Positions 1 through 11,392 of a DNA stretch of 64,000 bases are shown in pieces (within the stretch, counting starts at the first letter, position 1; the number at the start of each line of letters is the position of its first letter). Origin of the DNA: Elsinoe ampelina. Its lineage: Eukaryota. The notes under the pieces are model-generated. The model made no database searches. It was given only the letters and a program-made list of their open reading frames with translations, and was not told the DNA's origin. Location: positions 220,506-284,505 of the forward strand of contig ML992508.1 of NCBI GenBank assembly GCA_010093995.1, in the 5' to 3' direction. Position numbers and translations under genes: made by a program.

Positions 1-325
1 TACCTTAAGGGTTAATCTCTAAGTATTATAGTTGCTCTCTCTCTTAAGAATCTAAGTCTCGAGCATTTTTGCTAATCTAGATATAATAATAGTAATTAGC
101 TAAAGGCCTATTAATTTAATTAATGTAATTAGCTTGTTTAAGCCGTTTAAACCGTTTAATTAAAGGGTTAATACAGGCTACTACAAGTGTTTGTCTTAAT
201 GTAGCTAGTCTAGAATTTAGTGTAGGCGGCTTAGTAATCCTTTTAATAATAACACGCTTAATTTGCTATAGCTTTAAGTGCTTTTATAGAAGCGCCGGGC
301 TTATAACCTGTTATAACTAGCAAAT
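1..325. mobile_element. AT-rich, RIP-like degenerate repeat remnant (family unassignable; continues left of window)
   Basis: Very AT-rich, TpA-rich and CpA/TpG-poor, with no ORF; composition returns abruptly to normal at ~325; same texture as the RIPed element at 23-25 kb. Confidence 0.6.
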
Positions 326-534
326 CGGATCGAGAGACGTGTGTTTTATTCAGAGAGTTATAATAACCAATTTATCTACTGTGCGTGCGCTGACTCATCA
401 GTACCAGTTCTTCAGTACCAGAGAAGCTGTACCAGCCTTCCATTACAACACGTCACACAGCGCGGACCCCAGAACTTTGACCTCGCGTCGTTCGACTTCC
501 TTCACGCGTCGATCACAGAGTAAGACATCAGGAG

Positions 535-1954
535 ATGGAGCAAAGCAATAGTCGTCGTCATGATTCGATGATGGGGCGGAAAAGGGACAGATCAGTGTCA
601 CCGGCTGATGCTGTCCCTGACGCTGCCCGCACGGAGAAAAGAGCACGTCCGTCTATTCCAACATTGGAGTGCTTCTTGAACCCGGCACGCTTTCCAACCA
701 TCCGTAGTGCGATTGTCAAGCACTTGAATGTCAAAGATCTTCTACGGCTATGTGCAACTACGAAACATATCCAAGGGCACATAAGGTCTCATGAATGGAG
801 CATCGACAGACACTTGCGCCACTTCTTTGATTCGCCTCGGGACTTCAGGAGCATGCAAGCGGCTACTGGAACCCTGATTTTCGGCGACTTCGCCACTAGG
901 TTCATGGGTTTTGAAACCTTTGAGTTGCACACCATGACTTTGGTGGTCCGAGAAGGCGTGACTGCCTCGAAGCTCCGAAAGCATCTCGAACACCAGCAAG
1001 GTTATAGCCTCCACTCGGAGAACGATGATCTGCAACATCCACGGTCGACTCAGGTGAGCTTCGCAATCAAGGATAATCGAATGTATGTTCCTGACGGAAT
1101 CACGACAGACTTTCACGTCGGAGAGGCGTGGAACATCGATGACTGTCCATGTCGAATTGGTGGAGAATCCGGTCAACGCCGATATTATGGATCTATTCAC
1201 CACCAGCGTTGCGACTTCGTTCATCTCATCCAATAAGGCGTATCACCTCTTTCCCCGGACATCTTTCAAGCTAAGAGAGACATTGCCGTTCGAGCTCCAT
1301 AGCAAGTCAGATCGGAAGTACCATCAGCTTTGGGCTTCACGCGGTTGGCGTGCTCGACGTCGCGAATGGCACGATCCTCCTTCGTTGGACCAGTCTATCA
1401 CTGGTCAAGAGTGCGCCACTGGTCCTATACCAGGTAAAGAAGACCTGTGGGTGAGCCGGCATCGTCGGGTTGGAGACCATATAAGCTGGACATTACCGCT
1501 TGGTCTCGGACAGATCGCACAATCGAATCTTGCAGAGGAATTACTAGAAAGCACAAGTTTCTCATTCGCGACCCCATATAGGTCGCCTCCAGACGGATTC
1601 GACGATGACTGGGAGGTGCACCGAATTCTCATGGATGCAAATATGAGTTATTCACTTTTGGAATCTCCAGTTCTCCGGCATTGTTACTGCGTCAGCGACC
1701 TTGGTGGTGGCTTTGGTGTTGATGGTTTGCTTACCGAGATCGAAAAGTTATTGAACAGAAGCGTTGCCGAGCAGGTGTCCCTTTTGGAACAGGACGGAAG
1801 GGAAAGCCTCTTCGGCCGTGATCCGCCTGACTCTGTATACCGGGTCAGACCTCCGCCTGGTCTCCCCGAGTGGTGGATCTACGAGGACGACGCGGTCTTG
1901 AGGTACATTAGCGTATGGGAGCGCAAATGCGCAGCATCTTCTGGTGGACGATAG
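535..1954 (+). CDS. F-box-like protein, 2 exons (535-1053, 1109-1954)
   Basis: F-box-like segment PTIRSAIVKHLNVKDLLRLCATTKHI; 55-nt phase-0 intron 1054-1108 (GTGAGC...CTGAC...CAG) joins ORF 535 in frame to ORF 1085. Confidence 0.7.
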
Positions 1955-2314
1955 ACGAGACTGGGCAATCGCCTGCCTGACAGACTTACTGGCAGGTGAC
2001 CTACCTTGGCTAGAGTAGTCAGCACTAGATGCCTATGGAATTCGGATTTGGTCTGTCAGAGCCACTTTGTTCCGGGTTGTTCCACATTGAACCCACCACC
2101 GAATTAGTTTAGGCACTGGAATTGTATGCCAGCACGATTTGGATGGCAACCCTCCTGTGATTCCCCACTCAGAGAAGGGCAGCAGAACGGCAACCGGAGT
2201 TTTGGGTCATGGGGACTGAATACTGTGGGAGCACCATACTCATCAGGGTCATTGAGCAATGGTTCTATCGGTGCCACGTGACCAGAAACTTCCGAGCACG
2301 TGCAGCAACCACAT

Positions 2315-2525
2315 CTTACTTACCTCATTCCGCTTTCATCTTCATTTTCACAACTTCACTCTTACACTTTCACGCTCACACCCTCACTTTTACACCTTCA
2401 CTTTTACACCTTCCCTCTTACACTTTTGCTGTTCATCCTCACACCTTCATCCTCACACCTTTACTCTCACGCCTTGACTCTCCATTCTCACACCTTCATT
2501 CTCACGGCTCCACCTCATACCCTTC
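2315..2525 (+). repeat. Pyrimidine-rich low-complexity tract of degenerate TTCAC/TTTTACAC units
   Basis: Repeated cttcac, ttttacac and cacacctt words upstream of the ATG at 2629; accounts for the spurious N-terminus of ORF 2209. Confidence 0.6.
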
Positions 2526-2628
2526 ACCAAGAAGTGATCCATGGTCGTCGATCAGTCAGTCCGGCCATAAATCCGCCGCCAACAAGAATCAGGACTACAA
2601 TAATCTCTCCCTCTCCTTTCCAAGCGCG

Positions 2629-4051
2629 ATGGCGGCGAATGAAGATGCCGGCCAGCGCGGCAAGCGATCCCATGACACAATCACAACTGGCGAGTCTGCA
2701 GTTGTAGAACCGCCAGCGAAAAGGCCTCGAGTTTCACCTACGTACCTTATGGACTTTTTAGACTCGACCAAGTATCCTCCTATCAGAGATGTCTTGGTGA
2801 AATACCTAGATGTCAGGAGCATGACTCGACTTTGTGCGACATCACGACACTTGAGGCGGTCTATCAGATCGCGTGAGTGGAACATCAACCGGTTTCTGAG
2901 CCATCACTTCGACGACCCGGTTCAGTTCAGACTGGCGCAAAGTCGCAGTGCAGCTTTGATAATTGGAGATGCAGCTTTCCGGTTCATTGAGGGGAAACTT
3001 CACACGGAAAATCTTCATATGATTGTAGAAGCCGAAGAGCAGTACGACGGGCTTCTCAAGTACTTGACAGAGAATGAGCGTTTTGTCGTGGGAACACACA
3101 AGGTGCTGAATTGCGGCTCAATGCCAGTTCTTGCACTCAAGGTCCGTCTTCCTGCATTTTAGGCTTGATATAGGAAGCATTACTGACAGCCTCAAGGCTA
3201 CCTCTCTGAAGAAAGGAGACAAGAGTATCACCTTGATGTGGTCGAGACAACCTTCGCATGTCACCTTTGTTCAGATGCAGACCACGACAGCTTCCACAGC
3301 AGCTCTGACGTGGAACAAGGCCTATCATGTTTTCCCGAGGACAACATTCGTCGACTTCCAAACTATGCCTCTCCGGCCACTCGAAGAATATGGCCCAATC
3401 AGAGAGTCCGGTTCCGCTGAACATATGCAGTGGGCCAACCAAGGCTGGAGCATGAAAGTCCCAGCATTCGATCGTTCAAGGTTGCCGGGGGATGAATCAC
3501 ATCTATTCAGGGAGTTGGGTCCAACGCCTGCATCCGGGTCGACAAATCCGCTCAATATCGGTCGCAGATTCATCGGTGACCACTTGTCTCTTAACCTTGC
3601 ATTGGACACCACTGGAGTGAGTCCTGAACCAAAGTCCGACGAGGTCTTTGCCCTCAGCAGCTTCGATATCGAGTTCCCGTGCGTCTCCCCATCGATCGTC
3701 TCATTTTGGGGTCGGCAGACGTGGTACATGCACCGACCGCTCTCGGCACGTCTTTTTAGATCCCCGAGTTTGCGTCATGTGTATTGCATCAGCCAAACGC
3801 TACTTATCGACGACAACAATCTGCTGGTGGATACGCTGACCACACTTTTGTACGAATTGACGCTGACTCAGGTCCTTCTCCTGGGTCCAGCCGAATGTTT
3901 TGTCCTCTTTGGTCATACGATGCCTGATCCAGTGGCCTTGACGCACTTTACTTTCAAGCAGCCTCTTTGGTGGAACTTCTACGATGATCTGGTGAAAGAG
4001 TATATACTCAAGGCGGAACGATTCATGCGGCAGGCGAAGAGCACAAGGTAG
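2629..4051 (+). CDS. F-box-like protein, tandem paralog of 535-1954, 2 exons (2629-3141, 3197-4051)
   Basis: PPIRDVLVKYLDVRSMTRLCATSRHL; shared motifs RSxEW, NKAYHxFPRT, RRxxGDH, SPxLRHxYC, WWxxxDD; 55-nt phase-0 intron 3142-3196. Confidence 0.7.
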
Positions 4052-4312
4052 AGCAGAAGTCAACATCAAATCAATTGCAGAGTCAAGGGAGGGCAGTCTG
4101 TATTGCCCGCAAGTGAGGCAGGACAAGGGAGCAGCATGTCGTGTCAGAAAGGACTGACAGGGGAGAGAAGACCGACGAAAGACAGCGGGCACGCTTTGTT
4201 GGTATTATAGTGGATAGAAAAGGATACAGAAAATCTCAACGGCCACATAAGCTCCGTGAGTCGGATTGCATCTCATGTCACCTCTAATGAAAGATACCAG
4301 CATCTAACACAA

Positions 4313-6087
4313 TCAAAGCTCATCACTGACCCTGTCTGCAGACTCGGACTTCTTGTTCTGCCCATACTTCGACTCTCTCCAGGGCGCCCCATCCAACTTG
4401 AACCCCCCCGGCTGCAACAACTGAAACACGCCCTCCGGATCATACCTCTTCGCCACCTCCTTCAGTCTCTTCTTATTTCCCTCCCCATAACCAGCAATCA
4501 CATCCTGCCACGGCGCCGCGTAATTCATATAGACATAGCCACTGCCTTTGCCCCTCTTCTCGCTCTCCTCGTTGATCGTATCCAGCACATCCTTCGCAGT
4601 GGAGTAGATCAAGTCATCGTCCTCCTCCCTTCCCCACCAGGCCGAGAACTGGACAAGAACATACGGGCCGCCTTCGACCGTCAGACCGAGGGGATTACCG
4701 CCGTTGCGCTGCATGCGTTCTAGCATGGGGATGGTGATGGTCTGGAAGACGAGGACGGGGAGTGAGCCTTCTGCTTTTGTGGCGGCGGAGACTTTCGCGA
4801 AGAAGGTCTCTTGGGCGAAGGAGAGGAGGTCGAGGTCGAGTTTGATGGTGATGACGGAGAAGAGTTCGCGGAGACCGTAGGGTTGGACGGATTGGAGGGT
4901 GACGGTGTAGTCTACTACGTTGCGGGGTTGGGTGGTGGAGGAGATGAGGGGTTGGATTCCTACGAAGGGGGAGAAGATGGTGGCGTTATCGGCGGTGGGA
5001 GAGGCGTGGTAGAGTTCTTGTCCGGCGACTTGAGTGTTGTCGTAGAGGGCGAAGGCGAGCCAGCCGCCTGCGTCGGGGTCGGTCGGGGCGGAGAGGACCA
5101 TGTTGTGGTAGGCCTTGATGAGGGAGGGGAAGGCCGGAGAGGGTACTGTGATTGTACCGCCCCATATGGAGTTGTTGGGGAGGGGTACGGTGTCGTAGTG
5201 GAAGCGGACGACGATGCCGAAGTTGTTGCCGCCACCGCGCAGAGCCCAGTAGAGGTCGGCGTTGGTGGTTGGTGAGGCGGTAAGAAGGGTGCCAGTAGCA
5301 GAGATCACCTCGTAGCTGGCTACGTTGTCGACTGCCCAGCCGTGACGAGGAGATAGAAATGAGATGCCACCTGGATATGTCAGTATACAGTAGCGAGGAC
5401 TGGATGATGGGGCGGACATACCGCCGAGGGTGAGACCGCCAACACCTATTCGTTCGACACGTCCGCCGATGACAATGACATCGTCCTTGGCCAGCTCGGC
5501 ATAGACCTGACTCCAGGTGTTGCCAGGTTGGATAGAGGCGATCTTCTTATCTTGACTAAGCTTGATCTCATTCATGCGAGAAAAGTCGACTGTGATGCCA
5601 TCGGGAATGTTGGATGCACCGATAAAGGCAGCATGGCCACCACTCTTGACGGCGAAAGGACATGTGGTCAGCCGGGAGATGAGGACTTGAATGGCGACAG
5701 CATCAGCATTCTCTGGTCTGAAGATACATGTCGGCCTGACATCTGCTTGTTGCTTTGACCAGAAGCCATTGTTGAAGGCGATGTACTCGACAGCGTCAGT
5801 CTGCAACAGACTCTGGCCGCCATAGATCTGGTCGAGTGCTTTGCACTGTCCACGTGTGAGACGATGATACTGTACAACTTATCAGAGAAACTTACCGCTG
5901 CAGAGCAGGCTACACTTGGCAATGACCTTGTAGGATGATCGGCAATGTTCTGGAGCGAAGGAATGGCCGAAATGTCAATTCCGCGATCGAGAAGTGCGGC
6001 AGGGACATTGAATTCTTCAGCCTCGCCGGCCTCTTCAGCTCTTGCAAGAATCGACAGCAAAGGCAGCAGAATGGACCACCACTTCAT
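4313..6087 (-). CDS. Secreted FAD-linked oxidoreductase (FAD_binding_4/BBE-like), multi-exon
   Basis: Signal peptide MKWWSILLPLLSILARA; FAVKSGGH flavinylation motif, GVGGLTLGGG, LYWALRGGGNNFGIV, YMNYA...YDPEGVFQ; introns at ~5845-5895 and 5371-5421. Confidence 0.88.
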
Positions 6088-6351
6088 CGTCGCTGCAATT
6101 GAATGTGATTAAAGAGAGAGGAATCACCCAGGACGTCTCTTCATTATCTGCACGTTTGACATATTTGCCTGGGACGCAACCGAGCTGAGATTAATCATGA
6201 ACCCTTGAAGACGACCCCACTTGACGAACAATCAAGCTATTAACTATTGCATTTCGCTCGCGTATCAGACCAACCATATCTCACAAAGCAAGAACTTCGA
6301 TAGGTAGCGAGGGAAACGTGACCGGTCAGGCCTTCAGCTCGTCAAACAGCC

Positions 6352-6380
6352 CTGTCGTCTGTCGTCTGTCGTCTGTCGTC
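6352..6380 (+). repeat. (CTGTCGT)x4 heptamer microsatellite in the divergent intergenic region
   Basis: Four perfect units beginning at 6352, 6359, 6366 and 6373. Confidence 0.85.
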
Positions 6381-6844
6381 ACCATCCCAACCTCTGTACT
6401 ACGCACAGGTAGTACCTCTACCACGCACGTCAGATCATCGCCCCGGCCCTTTTACCGTCCTCGACCTGGGTTGATCACTTTCCCTTCTGGACCAGTGACA
6501 GACCCTGTTCCTGCAAAACGACCTAAAAAAGGACCTCGCCGCTCTCTGCTTCAGCTCCAGTCACCATCCACCCTCTACCTTTATCTTTGTTGGTCTCGCA
6601 GTGAGCAACACTTTGTCGCTGATGATCCTGGTAATGCTCTCAAGTGTGACGGTGATGGCCACCTCTGCTCGCAATCGCTCAAGGCAAGCGGGGTCACCCT
6701 ACTTCGCAACTATGATGTACCCTGCGGCTTTCGAGTTGCTCGCACCATAGGTAGTATTTATCTCTTTTCCCGTTCCTCTCCAGGGCTCCTCATCTGTTCT
6801 GCCTCTTGCGATACCGCAAACATACCACTGCCGGACAGTCCAAG

Positions 6845-8246
6845 ATGTCGTCGCCAATTGCACTCTTCCAAGGCAGTTATGTCACCCAAAACAATCTCAT
6901 GGCAACAGGCATAGCCATGATTGTGGTTACAAGTCTGGTCGTGGCGACGCGGATGGCGCTAACGCTGTTCCAACACAAGTCGCTGAAATGGGATGACGGC
7001 TGGCTTCTTGCTGGCTACATTTTCTACATGGGCATGGTTATCATGTATCTGGTCAAAGCCGAACCGATATTTCATTTCTGGGGTTTCATTGACGGCACGA
7101 GAGGTCCTTACGCGACCATCATGCTGGACGATGTCACCATGCGACGAGTCTCCTTCTCCGCCAATCTGCTCTTCTACTCCGCATTGTGGAGCGTCAAGTT
7201 CTCATTATTGGCATTCTACAAGCAGCTCATGGCCAGATTGAAGGCTTATATCAGGGCATGGTGGGTGGTCTTGACGCTCACAGCCATCGTGAGTCCTCCG
7301 AATACGTTGAATCAAAACGTGCACTGATGGTGATAGTTCTACTTCACGGCCATCTTCATCTCATTGTTCAGCTGCTCCCTCCCGCAGAATCAGATGAAGT
7401 CGGGAGGCTGTCAACGACCGCGCGACTTCCAGGGTGTCGCTGCCGCCTTGTGGTTCGGCTATGCTGTTGACGTCGTCACTGATCTTGCGAGTATGCCAAT
7501 TTGAGGACGGTCACTACCAGGTACTGACCAGCTCCAGTCATGCTCCTCCCGCTGGGGCTTATCCGAAAAGCGCAGATGCCATTGAGGCAAAAGTTTAGCA
7601 TTGGCTTTGTCATCTGCCTTGTCGCTGTTTGTATCACAGTCGCAACCATTCGAGTCATCGAGCTCGGTCGCACCATCACACGATACACGCAACCTAGCGC
7701 CACCTGGCTGGCATTGTGGGGTACCATTGAAGCATCGCTCGGTAGATCCACATCAACCCTTACCTCTTTGTCAGTCGTCTAACAAGTATTCTAGCTGTCA
7801 TTATTGGGAGCTCACCAGGTCTCTATCGCGGCGGCAAGTATGCCCATAAGAGCTATCTCTCCTCCCGCTCTCGCTCTTCGAATCCCTACCCGCACTCAGA
7901 CTCTCCGATGGTCGAAGCTGGCCGCTACCGTCATGTCGACATGGCTCCATACGTCGCGGCCAAGCGTACTACCATGCGAGCCGAGCACAATGCGTCACAT
8001 TCAGGCAGTCCTGCCAACACGGACTCTCGCTTCTCCAACGACTCAACTACCAGTCAAGACGGATTCGCTAAGCGGGTCTACGATGATGCTGCTATCGCTG
8101 TTCACAAGACGCTAAGTGTCAAAAGTCGGAATCGTGACAGTGATAGCATAAGAGATTATCCAGATCCGACATTGCCACTACCAGTAGATTGGGAGGATCC
8201 GAGGTATATTGGATATTCCAGTCCGACAGCGAACAGATATGGATGA
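6845..8246 (+). CDS. PTH11-like integral membrane protein (fungal rhodopsin-like domain), multi-exon
   Basis: TM helices with R...WDDGWL, LWSVKFSLLAFY, DVVTDL-(intron)-MLLPL, W..IEASLAVIIG; introns near 7289, 7491 and 7742; S/R-rich cytosolic tail. Confidence 0.85.
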
Positions 8247-8606
8247 GGCAGGAAGAAAATTTTATGTGATACGATCATTAGCTTTCATACACAATGCATG
8301 CATTACCAAAGAATCATCGCTTTTCTCGCCAAATCACTACCAGAGCTGCAGTGACATGAAGATTAGAATTACGCAATCCCGTCAACGGTGATATCGACAG
8401 ATCCACCCCTCCCTCGTTTTTGGAGCTCTTCTATCTAACCCCGCTACATCAAAACATTTCGTTGACCTCCTTCCTCTCATCCAAGAGCAATGCTGTTTCG
8501 TCGTCTTCGGCCTAATTTACTCAATTCCTTACTAGACACGAGACCGTGACTATCACGCCATCGCATTCCTCCCGTCCATCTCCACGGCCAATCCCACCTC
8601 AACATC

Positions 8607-9467
8607 ATGTCTAGCTCTTCCTCGCCTGCATCTCCTTCCGCCTTCTCCCTCCCCAAGGACATCTTCAACCCGTCACTCTTTGACGCAATTCTGCAGACCT
8701 GGTTCTCCCATCAACCCTCAACCCTCTCCGCCCCCCACCCCGACTCCTTCAAACAATGGTTCTTCAACCCCAATCGCGAAGAAGCAGCTCAATTCGACGC
8801 TCTCCTCGCCTCCAAATTCAGCACCGCCGTGCAGGCCCTTGGACCCGACAAGCTCACCCTCCCTCCAGTCAAGACCTACCAAGAAGAAGTCTCCCTCGCC
8901 CCCACCATCGCGGCCCCGTTTCTCTCCCTCCTCCACCCCAGCGACAGCAACGACACAACCCAAGATGAAGCCACCTGGACAACCCACGCCAACCACACCC
9001 TCGCCCTCATCCTCCTGCTCGACCAGATCCCCCGCAACACCCTCCGCACGTCCCAATACCTAATCTACACGCACTACGACCTCCTCGCGCGCTCCCTCAC
9101 GCGCATCGCCCTCGCCCAATCCCCCACCTCCCCTCCCCTCCGCCGCTCCGACCACGCCCCCTCCCTCCGCCCCTTCCTCGCAAAAAGAATGTGGTTCTAC
9201 CTCCCCCTCATGCACAGCGAGTGGATCCAAGACCACGATTTATTCCAGCGGTACGGGAGGGAGTGTCGGGGGGACATGCAGGGGGAGTTCAACACGGGGG
9301 AAGAGATGGAGGAGCCGTTGAAGCAGGTGGAGGATTTCGAGGAGAAGCATAGGGTGATTGTGGAGCGGTTCGGGAGGTATCCTTATCGGAATGAGGTGCT
9401 TGGTAGGGAGAGCACGGAGGAGGAGAAGGAGTGGGAGAGGGATGGGGGGGAGAGGTTTACTGCTTAG
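8607..9467 (+). CDS. DUF924 family protein
   Basis: LALILLLDQIPRN, FYLPLMHSE, HRVIVERFGRYPYRNEVLGRESTEEE. Confidence 0.88.
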   Translation: MSSSSSPASPSAFSLPKDIFNPSLFDAILQTWFSHQPSTLSAPHPDSFKQWFFNPNREEAAQFDALLASKFSTAVQALGPDKLTLPPVKTYQEEVSLAPTIAAPFLSLLHPSDSNDTTQDEATWTTHANHTLALILLLDQIPRNTLRTSQYLIYTHYDLLARSLTRIALAQSPTSPPLRRSDHAPSLRPFLAKRMWFYLPLMHSEWIQDHDLFQRYGRECRGDMQGEFNTGEEMEEPLKQVEDFEEKHRVIVERFGRYPYRNEVLGRESTEEEKEWERDGGERFTA

Positions 9468-9504
9468 GTCTTGTTCGTGACTGTCATGGGTAGGGGAGAT
9501 AGAG

Positions 9505-9570
9505 GACTAGGGGGAGGAGGACGAGGGGGAGGACGACGAGGATGAAGAGGACGAGGACGAGGAGGATGAT
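9505..9570 (+). repeat. GAG/GAC/GAT purine-rich trinucleotide tract downstream of the DUF924 gene
   Basis: ggaggaggacgag...gaggacgaggacgaggaggatgat. Confidence 0.6.
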
Positions 9571-9696
9571 AGGAGCGGCAGAGCAGGCACAGACGTGAGA
9601 GATTGGAAACAGGGTTGGGTCTGGTCTATGAACATTGACACCAGGGACGCCAGGCTATGCTATGCTACCGTACAGGTCATGATACACCACCAGAGA

Positions 9697-10494
9697 CTAC
9701 GACTCGGTGTCCGCTACAGTCCCCATCGCTCCTTTCCCTGGTCGCGCATACGCAGGCGGTGCGTCAACAGCACTGCTCTCCCCCCGCTGCTGCATTTCCC
9801 AGTCATCCTTCGCGGCCTGCCTCACTTCATCATCCGTGATGTCCTTGGTCTTGGGCTTCTTGTGGACGGCAGCACCAAGGAGGTTGAACAGGTTGTTGGA
9901 CCGGTACAGCATGCATCCGTACACTGTAAAAGCGGTGGCGAGGATTTCCTCTACTGCCTTGTCGTTGCGCGAGTACTCCCCCATGATCTCAAGTTTGGCG
10001 AATTTCTTGAGCGCCCACCAGTCTACGCTGTATCGCGCGATGGGAGCCTGGTTGTCGTCGAGAAGATGGAAGTGCCAGAATTTGGCTGTGAAGGTGGTGC
10101 GCCATGTCATGGTCTGTGGCTTGCCGGTGCTGGACAAGGTGGTGGAGGGGTAGACATAGTGAGTGGTCAAGCGTTTGGCGGCTTCGATCTTGATTTCCTG
10201 GCCGTGAATGACGACGGAAGTGTTGATGTGGAAGTTGTAGAGGGTGCCGGTCGCGATAGTGTTGCTCTCGTCTGCACTCTTGAGGTAGACCTTTGGTCGC
10301 CAGGCTAGGAGGGTGAAGTCGCCAATGTAGGATGGTGGTCCTTCAGGATTTACTGAATCGATGATGCGAGTCTTGAGATTCGACCATTTAAAATCAAAGA
10401 GAAATGTGCGTGTCGCGTTTGGTAGGAGTTCTGGTGAAGGAGGTCCTGCTTTGGTACCGTAGTCTGGCGGTGTCATTGCAGTTGTCGTTGTCAT
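9697..10494 (-). CDS. Hypothetical protein, 265 aa, single exon
   Basis: Uninterrupted ORF with coding-like composition; family not recognised. Confidence 0.7.
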   Translation of the reverse strand: MTTTTAMTPPDYGTKAGPPSPELLPNATRTFLFDFKWSNLKTRIIDSVNPEGPPSYIGDFTLLAWRPKVYLKSADESNTIATGTLYNFHINTSVVIHGQEIKIEAAKRLTTHYVYPSTTLSSTGKPQTMTWRTTFTAKFWHFHLLDDNQAPIARYSVDWWALKKFAKLEIMGEYSRNDKAVEEILATAFTVYGCMLYRSNNLFNLLGAAVHKKPKTKDITDDEVRQAAKDDWEMQQRGESSAVDAPPAYARPGKGAMGTVADTES

Positions 10495-11392
10495 GTTGAA
10501 TCGAGTAGTTGCAAAGTTTGTGTTGTTTGTTCTTTGTATAGAGATGTTGTGCTTGATGTGAGGATCGGGGGGGATGTATGAAAGGAACCTACTATTCTTA
10601 TACCCAGACGGCAGCGACGATGGAAACTATGGATCTGTATACCAAAGCTCTGCCTGAGGACGGGAAGGAAAAATGCGTCATACCATTGGACAGCCTTGTA
10701 AAGACGGATGGATGTCAGCAATAGCGGACCCACTTTCACGCGTACTTGGCTCCGCCAGCAAACCCAAAGGCAGCGAGAAGCTCAGAAGCGTGGAACAGAC
10801 ACCGCACTGCCTGCGGATCTCTTCCTGACTTGCGACAGAAGGATTACCGTCTGCCGAACAAGGCACGCCTTGCGCCATGCAGAGCAGCTTTGAACTTTCG
10901 CGTATCAATTTCGCTCACGCCGAACAACAATTGATGGGTGATTCGACTATCGCTGTGCCCGATTGGAAAGTTGCTCTCTGATTGGTATCTTGTGGAAGAC
11001 GAATTGTATGGCGTATATGTACCAAGGCGAATTGACAATCTGTATCTTTCCAAGCTGGCGGTAACTGTGCTCGAGCGTCCATGAGGGTTCCGTAAGAATA
11101 TCGATATAGGGTAGTCACTTTGACACGCATGAACGCGATAATATGAGGAGCATGGTGATTAGGTCAGAAGAAAGACAGCGTCCACAAGTGCTGGAAATAT
11201 GACCCGATCTTATGCTGAGCGACGCTGCTCCAATGAGAAAGTCTTGGCATCCACGGACTTCGTCACCGTCCATCCCACTTCAAGGCAACCTCAATCGACG
11301 ACAGAACCCATCTCAACATCAATTGCTCACCTGAGCTCCGGCATACCTCTATAGCCTCTTGAGCTCGACGATCAAGTCACTTCACGCTCAAG

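Noticed and set aside
290..325. Helitron 3' end (palindrome followed by CTAG)
   Set aside because: The hairpin is weak and AT-rich, CTAG is not followed by T, and CTAG is common in RIPed DNA.
2209..2628. N-terminal extension of ORF 2209..3162
   Set aside because: It translates the low-complexity CT tract; comparison with the paralog supports the ATG at 2629.
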